This document shows, piece by piece, positions 1-13,070 of a stretch of DNA of 64,000 bases. Origin of the DNA: Raillietiella orientalis (taxonomy: Eukaryota). The notes under the pieces are model-generated. The model was given only the letters and a program-made list of their open reading frames with translations, did no database searches and was not told the DNA's origin. The position numbers were made by a program, and so were the translations under genes. Position 1 is the first letter of the stretch. Every line of letters begins with the position of its first letter. The stretch lies in assembly GCA_036172245.1 (NCBI GenBank), contig JAYWIR010000055.1:868001-932000 (forward strand), written 5' to 3'.

Positions 1-3000
1 TCGCACGCCTTGCGTCGTCTACGAATCTTCCTTTTCCTTCCTTCTTCCCCGTTTTCTTCCCTTTCCCGGCCGGCCGCAAAACCGCGGATCGCCAGCGCAT
101 GGTCTGCCCGCGGTCCTTCACCTTTTCGGCGCTCCCAGAGCGTTCGCAGGTCTTCCCAAGGGAGGATGCTGCATCTGCAAAGCACCTATCGGCGCCTCTC
201 TCGCGACCCCGACGTCCGGGGCGCCCTGACTCGCCTTGTTTCTTTCCGTGACAACGCCCTTCACGGCACCCGTCTTCCTGCAAGCGCCTCGCGGTACCTC
301 CCGAGTGATGCGGGAACTTACCCGCAGGAGACTCCGCCACCGCCGGGAAGGAGGCGGTCAGGAAGGGCCCCCGTCCAGCGGAAGCGTCGAGGGCTCTTCA
401 GGAAGCTCTCTCTGCTGCAAACCGGGTAAAGGGGGGGACGCTTCCCTTGCCTTAGCTGCCGAGTCCGCGTCCCGATGGCGAGGCGCCCCGCGCTGCCGCT
501 CCCTTCTCGGCGGCGCACTACAGCCTCATCCTAGCCCCTTCCCCATTCTCACTCGAGGTCCTTCGCGGCCCAAGTTCCAGTGGGTCCTCATCCGAGAAAG
601 ACGCCCTCCCTGCGGCTCCTCCGGAGGGAGAAGGGGGAGCAGGCGACTACGCACGCGTGGAAGGGCCTGGGAAGTTGCTCCCTGAGCGTCCTGATGGATT
701 GCCTTCCGCTACCGTGGGAATCCTCTCGGGAAGCGCTCGGTTTATCGCGGAAGAACACTCGCACTTTATCTCGAAGATTCAGGGAGGGCGCATCCGCCCA
801 GCAGCGGCGAGACCGAACTCTCCTTTCCCTTTGTTCCCGCTGAGCCGTAGGGGGACCTCCCCCCGGCCGGAGGGCTTTCCCTCCAACAAAGGGGTTGCTG
901 GGGTGGCTGTTGCCGCTGGAAAGACTCGCCACCCGGAAGCGAGCGGTTGGCGACTGTTCGCTCGCCGCCGCCCTCGGCAACCCCAGCGGGCCATCTGCGT
1001 CCTGCCCCTCACAACCTTTTGTCTCGCCCGGAGCGTTTGGTGCGAGCGGGAAAGGCCGTGCTCCCTTCCCTACCTCTGAGAGACAGAGGGAGGGCGGAAG
1101 AGAGGGGAAGGATAAGGGAGAGAAGAGAGAAGGAGCAGTGAGGGGTCGTGGAGCAAGAGGGCCGCAACGTAGAAATGCACGGGAACGGATGGCCGGAACG
1201 AGAATCTCCCTCAGGATCGGGACGAAGGGGACGCGGCCGCTCCCCTTTTTTGGAAGTTCCGGAGCAGCCGCTCCCGGCCACGGAGCCGAGGCCGTCTCCG
1301 TGACGACGGCGCGCGCCTTCCAGTCCAAAGGAGGGCGGCTCATCCAGAAACTATGGAGGGAAGCGAGAAGTTTCTGGGATGCACGCAGCGCTCCCCCGGA
1401 CGGCGTGCGCGCAGGGAGTCCCATGCTCCCATTCGGGACGTTTTCGAGTCAGGAGGCGGGGCGGGCGCCGTTCGCGCGCCTCGACCGCGACTTAGTCCGC
1501 CGATCGGGGAAGCTCGTGGGAAGAAGGCTGGGAAGATCGATGCCCCCTCCCGAACCGGCGGCGAGAGGAGGCTGCCGCTCACCCTTCCGGATCGAAGAGG
1601 CCGGTCCACTCCCCCGGAGTGCCATGAGCAGCGCCTTCCGCGGTCTCCCGGGATCCAGCCGGTGCCGCGCCGGGACTCTCGAGACTTTCCCGGACTCGTC
1701 CGAGCGAAGGGGACGGGAAAGGAAAGGGAGGGAGGGGGAAGAGAAGCGGAAGAGGCAGAAGGGGGTTACTTTCCCGCCTGTCCGGCCGCGCGCGTGGGAA
1801 AGGGGGGAGGAGGAAGAGGAGGCCGGATTCGCAGGCGTCTCTTCCCGGGCAGAATGCACCTGTGACTGCAGTCCGGACCGAAGAGGCGGCGGCGCAGGCG
1901 CCCTGCCGTTGAGTCGCCGTGAGCGGCAGTTCCTCGGGGGGAAGGCGCGCCGGGTCCCCGGGCGCGTCCGCAGGATCACATGTAATCCGGGAGTGGCGCG
2001 CCACTGTGCCCCCTCGCAACCCTCTCGAGTCTGTGGGCGGCGACTGCGACGGCGCTGTCCGGGAATCCTCCCGCCGCCGCCGCACACCCCGGCCGCACGG
2101 CGGCTCGCGCTCGCGCCCGAGACCGCTGGAGGCGCGCGCTGTGACAGGAGTGGCCCCTCTGTTCGACCCTTCGACGGAGTCCGCGACGCGCCTCGAGGAA
2201 GAAGATGCCTCTTTGAGATGATCCACTGGAGCCCCGAGCCAAAGGTAGCGCACGTTCCTTCCTTTTCTTCTCTCCCCCTCCCCCCCGCTTTCCCTCTTCT
2301 CCCTGCCTTCCTCCCGCCTCCGTTCGCCGAAATTCGACTCGCGCCCTGTGCGCTTCCCGTGCTGGTCGGAGGCAGGGACCCCGTTCCCATGGATACGGAA
2401 CCGGTCGGTTGCCAAAGAGCGCGACGGACTCTCGTTTGCTTCCACGGATTCGCGGTCGCCGTCGCACCTGATCACGCGGGCGTCTCTCCTCGGGGCGTAT
2501 CCCGCGCGAGGGGACCCACCGTCGTCGTCGGGGACGATGACGAGTCTGCTTTCCACCCAGAGGAGAGGAAGGGGAGGCCCAGGGCTGTTGCAGGGCCGAT
2601 CTCGAATCTACCCCCTTTCCGGAAGGGTCAACGTGTTCTGGAGCCGCCAGGCGCTCCCCGCCCCCGCGATGGACCCGTTCCATGACGTCGCGATGGCTGC
2701 CGTGCCGAAATCCCCCATCTGACGCTGCCGGTCCTTCCTGCTCCGGGCAGCTCTGCGGGTCGATCTCTCTCGGGCAGTGACTCCCGACTGTGCCACCCTC
2801 GTGTCCGTCTCCTGTGGCGCCCGCGCGGTTCCTTCCCTCCCGCTCTCCAAACAAGACCCTCCTCCACAGAGTCGGGGGTGCCCGGGTTCTCCTGTGAACC
2901 CTGTGGGGATCCTGTGGCGACCCTGGAAGAGCCTGTGGACTCGGCCGGGCTCCATCCCGGTCTCTTCTAGTAGCGGAAATCGCCGCGGGCACCAAAGGTC

Positions 3001-3414
3001 ATCAGGAAGGGCCAGTCGCGGAGGTCAGCCTTGCGCGTGCGTCCGAGGAGAGCGTCGCTGCATTCCCGAGGACCGCGCGTCGCCGAAAGGCTTTTCTGGG
3101 ACCACCCGGGTCCTTCGCGTGTCCTCTCTTTGCCGTGCGAGAGAAACCCTGCAGCAAAGTGAAAATCTCGCGTCCTCCGGCAGTGCCGACCGTCGGTTCC
3201 CCATCCGCGGGAGCGAGTTGTGCTCTTCCAAGTGCGTTTGGCTGGGGGGGAATACACAACCTTTCGGAGGGTGGTCCGACGGCAGCCGTTGTCTGTTCGG
3301 AGCCGCCTCCGAGGAGCCACCGAAAACTCTTTCCTCTCTCTTACTGGCAACGCTGCTCCCGAGAGTGACTCTGGAATGTCGAGCACTTCCGGCGGCGGCA
3401 GATCATGCGTAGGT

Positions 3415-4150
3415 CAAGAGGAAGGGTTTTCTTGTTCTCTGAGAGCTGGAGAACCGTTTGGCTCCTTGCGGGGGACTCAGGAAGCTTTTTGACACCATCC
3501 AGCCGTCCGAGGGTGCGTGTTGACTCTTCAAGGGGGTGCCCCGGGAGGGGAGCATCCTGTGAATCCAGAAAGAACTCCAGAGGAGAAAGGAGCTCGTTCC
3601 TCTCTTACGCTTGGGAGGAACCCGGAGGGGAACTTCCGCTTTTGTAGCCACCGAAGGGAACCATGGAAGAAACCTCCAATTGTTCTCTCTGGAGGGACCT
3701 CCCGGAAAGGGTCCGCTCCTCCTTTCCTCCTCCGAAGAAAATCCTCAAGGGACTCCTGCAAATTTTTCTGGAGCGCGCTCCCCGAAGGGAGCAGCTCACA
3801 TTCTCACAATCTGGAGAGGCACCATCAGTCTACCAGTTCCGTGGTACGAGACGGAGGGTCCCCCCCTCTCCACTAGGATGGGGGAGGGCTCTGTTTCCAC
3901 AACCAGAGGGGAACCCCGTCTGGCTCCTGGATGTTTTGAAAGGACTCTGGAGGGTCGACTTCCGGATCCCAGCAGGTCAACGGGGGCATCTGGCATCCAC
4001 TGGCGTCCCCGCATCCTGTCAACTCCCGTCCACTTGCGGGAGGATTCCGAACTCGTGACGCACCCTCCATTTTTTGGAGCCGACCCTTCCCCGGGAGGGA
4101 TTTGAACCCTCTTTGCACACGAAACCGCAGCTACGCGGTCTCCAGCGCGG
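3415..4150 (-). mobile_element. tRNA-derived SINE family 1, copy A (near full length)
   Basis: B-box GGTTCAAATCC on the minus strand (4098-4108); body colinear by eye with the copies at 12.3-13.1, 16.1-16.9, 42.0-42.7 and 48.0-48.8 kb. Confidence 0.75.
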
Positions 4151-5249
4151 GTGGAGGAGAAGGAAGGGTGCTGCGTGCTAAGCCTCTCCGGAGTTTGCGG
4201 ATCCTTGCGTTTGGTCCAGATAAGTCAGCTGCTGCTTAGGGGATTCCTCTCTTCTACGGATGAGCTTTCCTTGCGAGGGGTGAGAACACGGAACGAGGAT
4301 GCACTCTTCGGCGGCTCTTTACATCCATCTTTCGCGCAGACACTTTCGCAATTTGTTTTTCCTCCAATCCTCCAGGGTCCATTTCTGCTGAATCTCTGCG
4401 AACAAGCAGCTGGAAGCTGGACGCGATTCTCTATCGATTCCGGCGTCTTTGGGCGTCTTCGCGTTGTAAGAGGAGACTCCACGGAAGCGCGCGCGCGTGA
4501 GGGGGGGTGGGAGGAGTTGAGTCGAAGGAGCATCTGAAGCCGCCGTCCCTGAAGATCGTGGAGGAGACGCAAGGGTTCGTTGTTAACGTCTTACCCCCCT
4601 AAAAGACGCAGGGATACTCCGAGATTCGGAGGATGGAAACGCGTCCCGTCGTATTGGCTACCGTTGCAGGTGGCGGCCCACCTCCCTGCGCTTTTGTTGC
4701 AGCTTTTCCTCGGTACGCGCATCCGATCGTGATGCTGCGCACCGGAGAGCAGACTGATGGAGGGGGGTCATTTCCTGGCGGACGAGAAGTGCCGCGCATT
4801 CTGGCGCTCCTCTGGAGGCCGCGAACGGTCCTCCCGCGCACGCCCTCGCCGGAAAAATGCGATACTGAGATCGAGCGACCAGGAGGGAGGGAGGGAGGCG
4901 TGCTTCTTCATCTTCCGCTCGGCTGGACCACTGGAGCCTCCATGTTCTCGAAAACACGGCAGAAATCGCATGGCCCCCGGAGCACACAAGTTTCCACCCC
5001 CTCACCCTACCCCCCCGCAACTGCCCTGCTTCCCTGAGGTCTGTTGCGAGAACCCCGCCATAAGGCCGATCGATGGCCAGTGGAATCGACGAGGACGCTC
5101 CACAGAGTCCCTCAGGACATTTGCGAGCCTCCAGCAGAGCTCGCTAGCGCATCACTTATTGACGACTGTCGAAAAGAGGGGGATTAGCTAAGATCGAGGA
5201 AGGAACATCGAGGGTGAGGAGGAATAAGGACAACGGCGAAAGTCTCGGG

Positions 5250-5755
5250 AGAACTCCCAGCGACGAAAAAAACAAACGAAAGAAGGGATGGAGCATTTGC
5301 GCCGGGGAAGACTGCGGAACGCGGTTACCTGGCAATCAATATTCCAAGATATACAGTGATCTTCCACTTGATGTTTGGAAGGAAGCTCGCCGAGTTGAAG
5401 CGGAGGTTCCGATACGCGGAAGATGGCGCGCCCTCTGCCGCTGGAGCCTAGCAATAAAGCCTGATGCTTCGTCTTCCCAGCTGGCAGCTCGGTCCTTCGA
5501 GCAAAGATCGCACCGAAGAGAAACCGCTGGCGACGGAGCGGGCGGCGCGGGCGCCGTTGGAGGGACGGCAGCTCTTTGGCTGCGTCCTGGTTACCACGGC
5601 TGCCTGACTGGCGGCAGCGCAGGGATCCGAAGGTCCTGACTGGTTCGTTGGACGTGCACAGCGTGCAGTTCCGGAAAGAGGACTTCGGAACCGACGGATC
5701 AGCGGACCGGCGGATCTGCTGCAATTAGAAGGCCGATCGGGGCGCGAGGAGGGCA
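5250..5755 (+). mobile_element. highly decayed RTE-like LINE, 3' end of the RT ORF
   Basis: Frame-shifted fragments RWRALCRWSL, KIAPKRNRWRRSG and ADRRICCN*KAD resemble, in order, the RTE motifs EMRMLRW, KxRExRLRWxGH and AxDRxxWR...ADP. Confidence 0.3.
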
Positions 5756-5759
5756 TAAA

Positions 5760-6534
5760 CCACACCCGAAAGGAGGTCTCTCTTGGCAACAAGTGAAAGA
5801 GTTCAGCTGGACGGCAAACAAGCGGGAAGAAATTGACCCTTGACCCGTTCTCGAGAAGAGCGCTCGTATTCCCCATCTGCTGCCCCTCCTCGCTGGGAAA
5901 AGTGCTTCCCGTAGCAGTGGCAGCCAGAAAGGTGTTCCTCTCTCGCTCGCATCCAGGCGAGCGGACCACAGCAGCGTGCTCACTGCTGCGCACAGCCGCG
6001 CCTGACCCGCTGATCCTCCTCATCTCTCCACGACGCGTTCCCGGGTTGGCGTGAGGACCGAATCCAGGAAAACGGCTCGAGAAAACCCGCGCCTCCCAGA
6101 GGCTGCGCGATCCAGAGAGCTCCAAGTTCGCCCTTCTCGATTTGCTTCTGGAGATTGGGTGACTTCGGTCGATGGAGAACCCTTCCTGCTCGCTCCGTTC
6201 GCCTGCTTGCGTCCCGACCAGCGCTGGCATCGGTAGGCGCATAGATGTTTCGGGGTCCCGTTCAGGAGGCGTTTCGACGTCCCATCGAGTCGCGGCGGGG
6301 CTTGGACGGAGTCCAAGAGCCCCGACTCAGGGTCCGAGTTCAGTCTTGTCATCGGAATCTTATCTCCCGGTCAAGACCCAAGTCGGAAACGTCTCTTTGG
6401 ATGCCACCGTGATGGGAAGCACCGGGCAGAAGGGGAATGCTCTTCTCGAGAACAGGTCGAAGGTCAACTTTCTCCCTCTTGTTTGCTGTCCTGTTGAACG
6501 CTTGTTGCGAAGGGCGACCTGCTTTCGGATGTGG
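5760..6534. mobile_element. MITE-like / fold-back element with ~150-180 bp imperfect terminal inverted repeats
   Basis: 5760-5938 is the imperfect reverse complement of 6385-6534. Even the spurious translations mirror each other (ALLENGSRVNFFPLVC on minus versus ALLENRSKVNFLPLVC on plus). No target-site duplication recognised. Confidence 0.6.
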
Positions 6535-6789
6535 GCGCGGTGCCTGCAGAGTCGGCCACAGTTCAGTCTTTCCGCTCTCGGGTCAGAGATCCAGGTACGC
6601 GAACGTGGCGCCGGGCTCCGAAACACAGGGAGCGAGGTCACCTTGCGATTGAGCCTCCGCCTTGGATGATTGGGAAAACGGAAGATCGTGAGACCTTCGC
6701 TGACCTCTGCCCCTTGAAACTGGAGGTTCGCGAGTGTAAGAAACCCGAAGTGGAGTCAGCTACGCGGTCCAAGGAAGAATTCGAAAGAG

Positions 6790-7050
6790 AACGGGGGAGC
6801 AGCGGTGATTAAAAGGAAGATTCTTCTCCCCAGCAGTCCTCCAGAGGTGCTCCCTGTTTAGAAGGTCAAGCTATCTTTACCTGGAAGAAGAAAAGCTGGA
6901 GTTCCCCTTTCCTTCGAGCGGGTCGGCTTGGTGGAAAATCCACTCTTGGGGCTACTCTTGGGCCCAGAAGCGGAGGGAGGGTTTCCGTGTCCCTCGTGGA
7001 GATCAAAGGATCTCTTCGCCCACGGTGACCTCCACCCTGTCCGTTGATAC
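6790..7050 (+). repeat. dispersed repeat family 2 (other copies near 7700-7990 +, 17575-17970 +, 29050-29300 -, 49860-50050 -)
   Basis: gatcaaaggatctcttcgcccacggtgacctcca (7001-7034) versus gatcgaaggatctcttgacccacggcaacctcca (7813-7846); aacgggggagcagcggtg (6790) versus aacggggagcggacgcggtg (17579). The remaining copies match more weakly. Confidence 0.5.
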
Positions 7051-8849
7051 ACTCTCATGGCCTAGTATGACCCACACGACCTGAGACCTGCCTCAGCAGG
7101 CGGAGCGCCGCCGAGAGACGCAGCAGTGGCGGTGCAGACTCCGCAGCGACACTGCGGTTGACCTACGGGGAGAGTGGCTCCTGGAGGCGTAAAACGTCTT
7201 CTGCAGACGGCGACGAGCACAGTGAAGAGGATGAGAGGCTTACTGACCTCCAGCCTGCGAGGATACCGCCAGCTTGAGGGGCAGGCGGTTGCTCGCTGGA
7301 AATCGCGCGTGAAACGGGCGGTTCCTCCCCGTTCGGCGGGCTGCGACGGACTGTCGGGATGCTTCCGGCTTGCTCTTCGCGGTACTCTGACGCCGCGAGG
7401 GACGGCGACTTCTCGATCCGCCAGCAAGGAATCGCCCCTGCCGAGCGCCAAACGAGCAGGGAAGAGGAAGAACCGTATTGCGCTCGCCGGTCGACCTGTG
7501 TCCCTCGGCGGCCTAGAGTTGACCGGCAACGCCATCCGAAAGAGAGAGGGAGAGCCCTTATGCTCCTGCGGCCTGCATGGAGCACCCCCTTCCTCCCTTC
7601 ACCTAGGCATCGACCATGGAAGTGTTGCCGTCACGGACTGCTCCTTGGCATCTTGGTCGATCCGCCCGTCCTGCAGACCCCACGCGTCGTCTTGTGCGCT
7701 CCCGCTCTCTGTGGAGATGGGAGATCCACTTCCTAGAGGTCACGACCCCCAAAATCGGGCAAGAGAGTTTCCATCTGGACGCCGGAAAGCCTCCCGTATC
7801 CTTGATCGCGGTGATCGAAGGATCTCTTGACCCACGGCAACCTCCAGAGCACTGTTCATTGTAGAGTGGCAATTTCCTGGAGGTCTCACTCAATCCGGGA
7901 ACACCCCGGGATTTCCCGGTGTCGCCGCCACTCGTCGTTTCTTCGGTCGGATTTTTTCCCGCTGCCTCCCTCCCCCGAATCGGGTCGTAAAACCGACAAG
8001 TCCACGGACCGGAATTCGCAGGGAGCACGGCGAGGGGAGCGGCGGCTGGAAGGGTCAGTCCATTAACGTGATGGAGGCACCGCCAAATCAGACGCAGGAA
8101 CGAGGTCGACACAGACCCTGACCGCGTCGTTCTCTTGCTTTCCGGAAAAAAAAAGAGCGTCCTGGACGCCGGGAAGCTGCGACGGGATGGAAGCAATCCA
8201 AACCCGTGATTAGGGACGGTGGGCGGGAACCGTTGGTAAACTTCCAGGAGAGCGGATGCGCCACAGCTTCCTTTTTTTTTTCTTTCTATCTCTCTGGAAA
8301 CTGAGCTGATTGAATGGCCGGATCAATCCGGGTGCGCGCGCTCAGGACGGGCCCTCGGAGAAATTCGATTAACCGGACGCACGTCCTTCGCAGCCCTTTC
8401 GCCCGCGATACCGGCGCCGCTCATGGCCCGGTGCCGGCTTGCCCAGAACGCAGGGAGCAATGAAGGTACCAGATCGGAGGGAGGGGTGGCGGACGATAGC
8501 CGCCCCATTTGAAGGAGCGAGCGATCCCACGCGTCGGGCGGAGAGCAGGGAATGTCCCTGGTCCCTCTTTGCCTCCGCATGCGCTCGCAATTGCTGCCGC
8601 ACAGCACGAAACACCAGCGGACGGGAAGCGTCCGACGGATTCCTCCTCTTCCCTCCGGTCGGAACCCCGGCATCCTGTGCCAGGGGCGAGGGAAGGTGGT
8701 CTCCAAGGACAGGACGAAGAAGCGAGGATTCCACCTACGCCCCGGCTCTGACCGAGCGGCTCACCGGAGCCGGGAGTTTCCTCTCCGCCTCCTGGGAGTA
8801 GGGAGGAGAGCGACCCGGGAGGGAATCGACAAGGAACGGGCTGCTTGTG

Positions 8850-9315
8850 GTCTGTGGTGGTCTGCCGCGTGTGCATGCGGCGCGCAAAATCATGGCCGTG
8901 GGTTTGAATCCTCCTCATTGCCTTCCCTTTCGGGGGATCCGTCCATCGCGCACCATGGAGACGGTTGGCGTCCCCTTCGGGAGGTTTGTCTCTCCAGAGT
9001 GCGGGAAGAGCGCCGCTCCATTCGGGGTCCTCTTCAGGAGGGGGGGGAAATAAGGAGAGGTTCCCTTGCGGAACCACTGCTGACGAGAGGAATCCCCTCA
9101 GGGTTCACTCCAGAGGCAACCAGGGAGAGGGTGTGCCCTACGGGGCGCGGGAAGAAACGGCATCCCTCCTCCGGAGCCTTCCTGAATTCATAAGGTAGTC
9201 CTCTATATAAATCGACCCTATGGTAGCATGACAAAGAGTTTCGTCAGACCCCCTTCCTTGCCCCCCTTTCCCCTTTAAGGAGGCGAGTAGTTCTTCAGCA
9301 CTCCCAGAGAATCTT
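8850..9315 (+). mobile_element. SINE family 1, copy H (internally deleted)
   Basis: B-box-like GGTTTGAATCC at 8901-8911, then caccatggag...ctctccagagtg...ggggtcctcttcaggag and 3' motifs shared with the other copies. Confidence 0.65.
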
Positions 9316-12284
9316 GTGTGGCCAGCAGGAGCAAATCGTGGAGACGTGGATGAGGGATCGCTCCCGCTGAAATCGTCTACTTCCCCTTCCCTCTCTTTCC
9401 TCCTTGTTAGCATTGCGCACTCAAGGATGTCAACTGGGGTTCCCGGAAAATCGCTGGCCCTCCCTCCTTTCCCTCGTTCCATCATCATCTGCTGCATGCG
9501 TGGGATGATCTCGATGAGGCGTGGCGGAAGATCTTCCTGGAGCGATTTCCACTTCTCGCGTCACCTTCCCGTTTCCTTGGTCACCGCAGCCTCCTTCCTG
9601 GAGATGGAAACCGAAGTTCTCAGCTCGCGGGAAACGCTGCACCCCAACGAGACGCGGGGATTGTCGCTGCCCGTGGATGGGCGATGCCTGTGCGAGTCGC
9701 CCATCTCCTGACGGACGCGGGATCACCGCCGCGATCTTGAAGAAGCCCTCGCAAAACGCCGAGAAATGGAAGTCATCAAAGACCACCAGCCAAGAGATTA
9801 CAAGAAAGCCTCCCTTGTTTGTGACACACCTAAGAAAACGAACGCGTCACAGGGGATCGAAAAGGAGTCCGCCCTTTTCCTCTCTCGCTAAAATCTCCCT
9901 ACCCTCTTTGGAAATGTTGAGACGCCTTCACTCCAGGTCTGCCAGACACGTGCAAACAGTAGCGTCCCTTGCGGCCGCACCACGCCCGGTCCGAGCTGAA
10001 GCGCCACCCACCGCGCGGTGCTCAGCAGGGCACCGGTGGATCTCCGTGGACCTCACCACAGACAGAGTGGCTGCTGTCGGCTTGGCTCTCTGCTTCTCAA
10101 CCTGGCGCCACTGTCCTCCTCTGCTTCCTTCGGAAGAGGATCCCAAGCACTGCACGGGCCTCGACGGCCTCCCATCGGAAGGCGGCGGCCTCGTGCCCCG
10201 GACTCGCGGAGCGGCGTACTCTCATGGAAGCCACTTGGGCGACCGCGAAGGAGGCTACGGTTTCCGGTTTGCCATCCCCGTCCAGGGTTTCCCGGAGGGT
10301 GCCTTTTTGCGGCGAGGTCCCCGTCTGTTTCTCCTCATCCCGACCTGCACCCGCGTTCCGAGAGCGATCGCTCCTAGAGCGGCATCCAAGGTAACGACTC
10401 GTCTCCAGTCCCCATTACCATCCAACTTGCGTGCGGCCATTAACCTCCCCTTAGCCGCACGGAAGAGCAAACAGGGAAGACGGGACGGCGCTTTGTCTCG
10501 AGCAGCCATTCCGGTTGGCACGGTCCAGGAAAGTTCCAGGGAGGAGGAGGAGGAGGCAGAGATAGAAGCGAGGAGAGAAGGTACCCTTTGGATGCTCGAG
10601 GGACGGTTGCTTCGATTCGGGGGGTGGCGAGCTTCGAGGACGTAATCGAAGAGTTGCTCCGTCCCGCGGACCGTGAAGTTGACTTCCATCGGAAGACGGA
10701 TGGCGGGGTCCGGCGTCAAACGAGCTGCTCACGGACAGCCATCCTGGCAACCCATCCGTGAGAGAGCAAGCATCCGCGTCGTCCCCTCAAGGCTCTCCTC
10801 GAGCTGCTCCACTGTCTCTGGCGACGGGGGCGACTCTTGTGAGTTCCGTCAGGGGAGACCTGGGAAGACTTCGCAAGTTGCGAGGGAAGGGGCGGCGCGG
10901 CTTGGCGGAAAAAAAAATCTGGTGTAGCGACCGCCGCGAGGGCGACGTATCCTCTCCCCCCTCCTTCTTTCGCGCCAGGCCCGGGGAAACAGAGATACCC
11001 TGACGCCTTCGGTCTCGCGGGCTCCCCAAAGCCGCGCCCATCGATCCACTCCTCGCAGACGCGAATCGGAAGCGCTCTGTCCCGTCTCCGGAGCGGAAGT
11101 TCCGCCTGGAAGAAATATTCAAGGTGGAAGGCGATTGGAGATCGACGAGCTACCCGGGTAGGTTCCCCGCCTTCGTCCCAGGGCGAAGAGGACACGCTCA
11201 GGTCAGGAGCAGCGGAAGAAAGAAAAAAAAAAGGAGGAAGGAAGGAAATCCTCCGACGGGAAGGATAAGGACGCGCCGATGGGGTTCCCCGTTTCTCCGT
11301 TCACCCATTTGGTACCGTGCGCGAAACGTCAGCCGAGGGTCGCAGCTTCCAATCTTCTGGGAGCTCGCCCGCTGCTTTCCTGGAAGGGATGCTCGCCAAC
11401 TCCGTGGATCCTCCACGCTTACATCCAGGCCTTGACCGTCTCTCCAGGAGGAAGGAGCAGGCCGACTCGGAGAAAAGGGGGACTCCTCCCCTGAGATTGG
11501 GCATACAAAAGTGGCCACGGAGTGGAGAGAGCCTCCCTTGATCCCTTGATCCACTGCGCTCTCATCTACTTCTGTTCCAAGCGGTCCGGAGCGGGAGACC
11601 GGCGAGGGGTGGTGCTTCCTCCTTCGTCTCTCTCGCTTCCCTCGGAAGTGTCATCCTGCCTGTCCTCGGCCTCTTTGCTGAGCGGCCAGCCCATAAGGAC
11701 GCCATCAGCCGACCCGCGCGGGGTTTACAGAAGTCGGGAGGGCGGACCTGGGGGCAGGTGGAGCGTCCTGCTCTGCTCTTGCGAGTTTCTTCTGCTACTG
11801 CTCACGTGAAGATCGTCGGAAAGGTAGCGTACGAAACCAGACGCCGGGATCCTCTCGCGGAATGAGGGACCAGGAGAGTCTCCCCTCTGAAAGGAAAAGC
11901 GAATTCCAGCCGGGAGTTGGTTCCGAGAGGTCTGCGGCTCCCGACTGGCTGCAGCGGGCGGAATGAGTTCCGTGGACCTCCGGAGTGCACCGGCAGTGGT
12001 CCCGAAAAGGTCGACAGCAGCTTCCCCGTCGGGCTCAGCATCCCCACGAGGGCTGTCTGCCGGGTTGCATCCTGGGAGTGCTCTGTAGTGGTTTCTCGGC
12101 CGAAGGCATCCTCTCGCATTCTTGAGATCGACACGGAAGGAATCCTCCCCCACTGTTCCTCCTGCTTAGTTTCCTCACGTTCCGTCTTGCGAACTATGAA
12201 ACTCCAAGAAGAATGGCCAGGGAGAAGGCTGCATCCCGGTGGAAATCCTTTTGCGCCCTTCCGCTTCCTCCGTCTTCGAGTTTC

Positions 12285-13070
12285 CTACTTTTCTTTTTTT
12301 TGAGGGGGGAAGGGAATCTTAAGGGGTGCCGAAGGACCGTTAGCCTCGTTAGGGGGCGCTCACAGAGCTCTTTGATGCCAAATACGCCACTCGAGGGTGC
12401 GTATAATTCTCTTCAATTTATAGGGGATGTCCCGGGAGGAGATCACCCTGTGGATCCAGTAGGCTCCGTAAAAACGCGCCCGATCCTCTCTTACTTTTGG
12501 GAGGGAATCCCGAAGGGAACCTTCCACCATAATTGTCTCCGAAGTGACCCCAAAGGGAACGTCTTTCTTATTCTCTCCGGATGCACCCCCGGAGGAAGAG
12601 AGCACTCCTCGTTTCTCCTCCGAAGGGAACAAGAAAGGATCAACTTCTTGCTTCTCATTCCTTTAAAGAGAATCCTGGAGGGACATACCCCGATTTCTTT
12701 CTGAAGGGCGCTCCCCGAAGGGAGTAGCGCACTTTCTCATACTCTGGAGAGGTCATCCTTAATCCACCGGCTCCGTGGTACGAGGTGGAAGGTCCCTTTC
12801 CACTAGGATAGGGAGACTGGTTCATCTTCACAACTGGAGGGAACCCGAAGGCTCCTGGATGTCCTGGAAGGACCCCAGAGAGAGGGTAGACCTGCAATCT
12901 AGGCCGGTCGACGGGGGCTTCCTCCAGTGCCCCGCACCTGAGTTCTGTAGTCCACCCAGAGTCATCCTGCGGGAAGGAGGGAAGGACTCGAAATCCACGA
13001 CGCGCCCCCATTTCTCGGCGTCGATCCCTCCACGGGCTGTACCGCGGGCACTCCAGGTGTCGATGCGGGG
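12285..13070 (-). mobile_element. SINE family 1, copy B
   Basis: Extensive similarity to copy A (e.g. ctccccgaagggag, ccgtggtacgag, ccactaggat, ctcctggatgt); the T-rich stretch near 12285-12301 is the A-tail on the minus strand. Confidence 0.75.

Noticed and set aside
895..2995. Long ORFs of 596, 313, 325 and 339 aa overlapping on both strands
   Set aside because: They are Arg/Gly/Pro/Ser-rich, overlap one another in several frames and show no domain motifs, as expected from stop-codon scarcity in very GC-rich DNA.
4098..4150. Functional tRNA genes at the SINE heads
   Set aside because: Only the B-box/T-arm is recognisable. There is no complete cloverleaf, and each head continues into the shared SINE body.
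9430..9790. Minus-strand fragment REKWKSLQEDLPPRLIEIIPRM resembling LINE RT
   Set aside because: A single motif-like stretch without ordered neighbouring motifs. Possibly another LINE fossil, but not supportable by eye.
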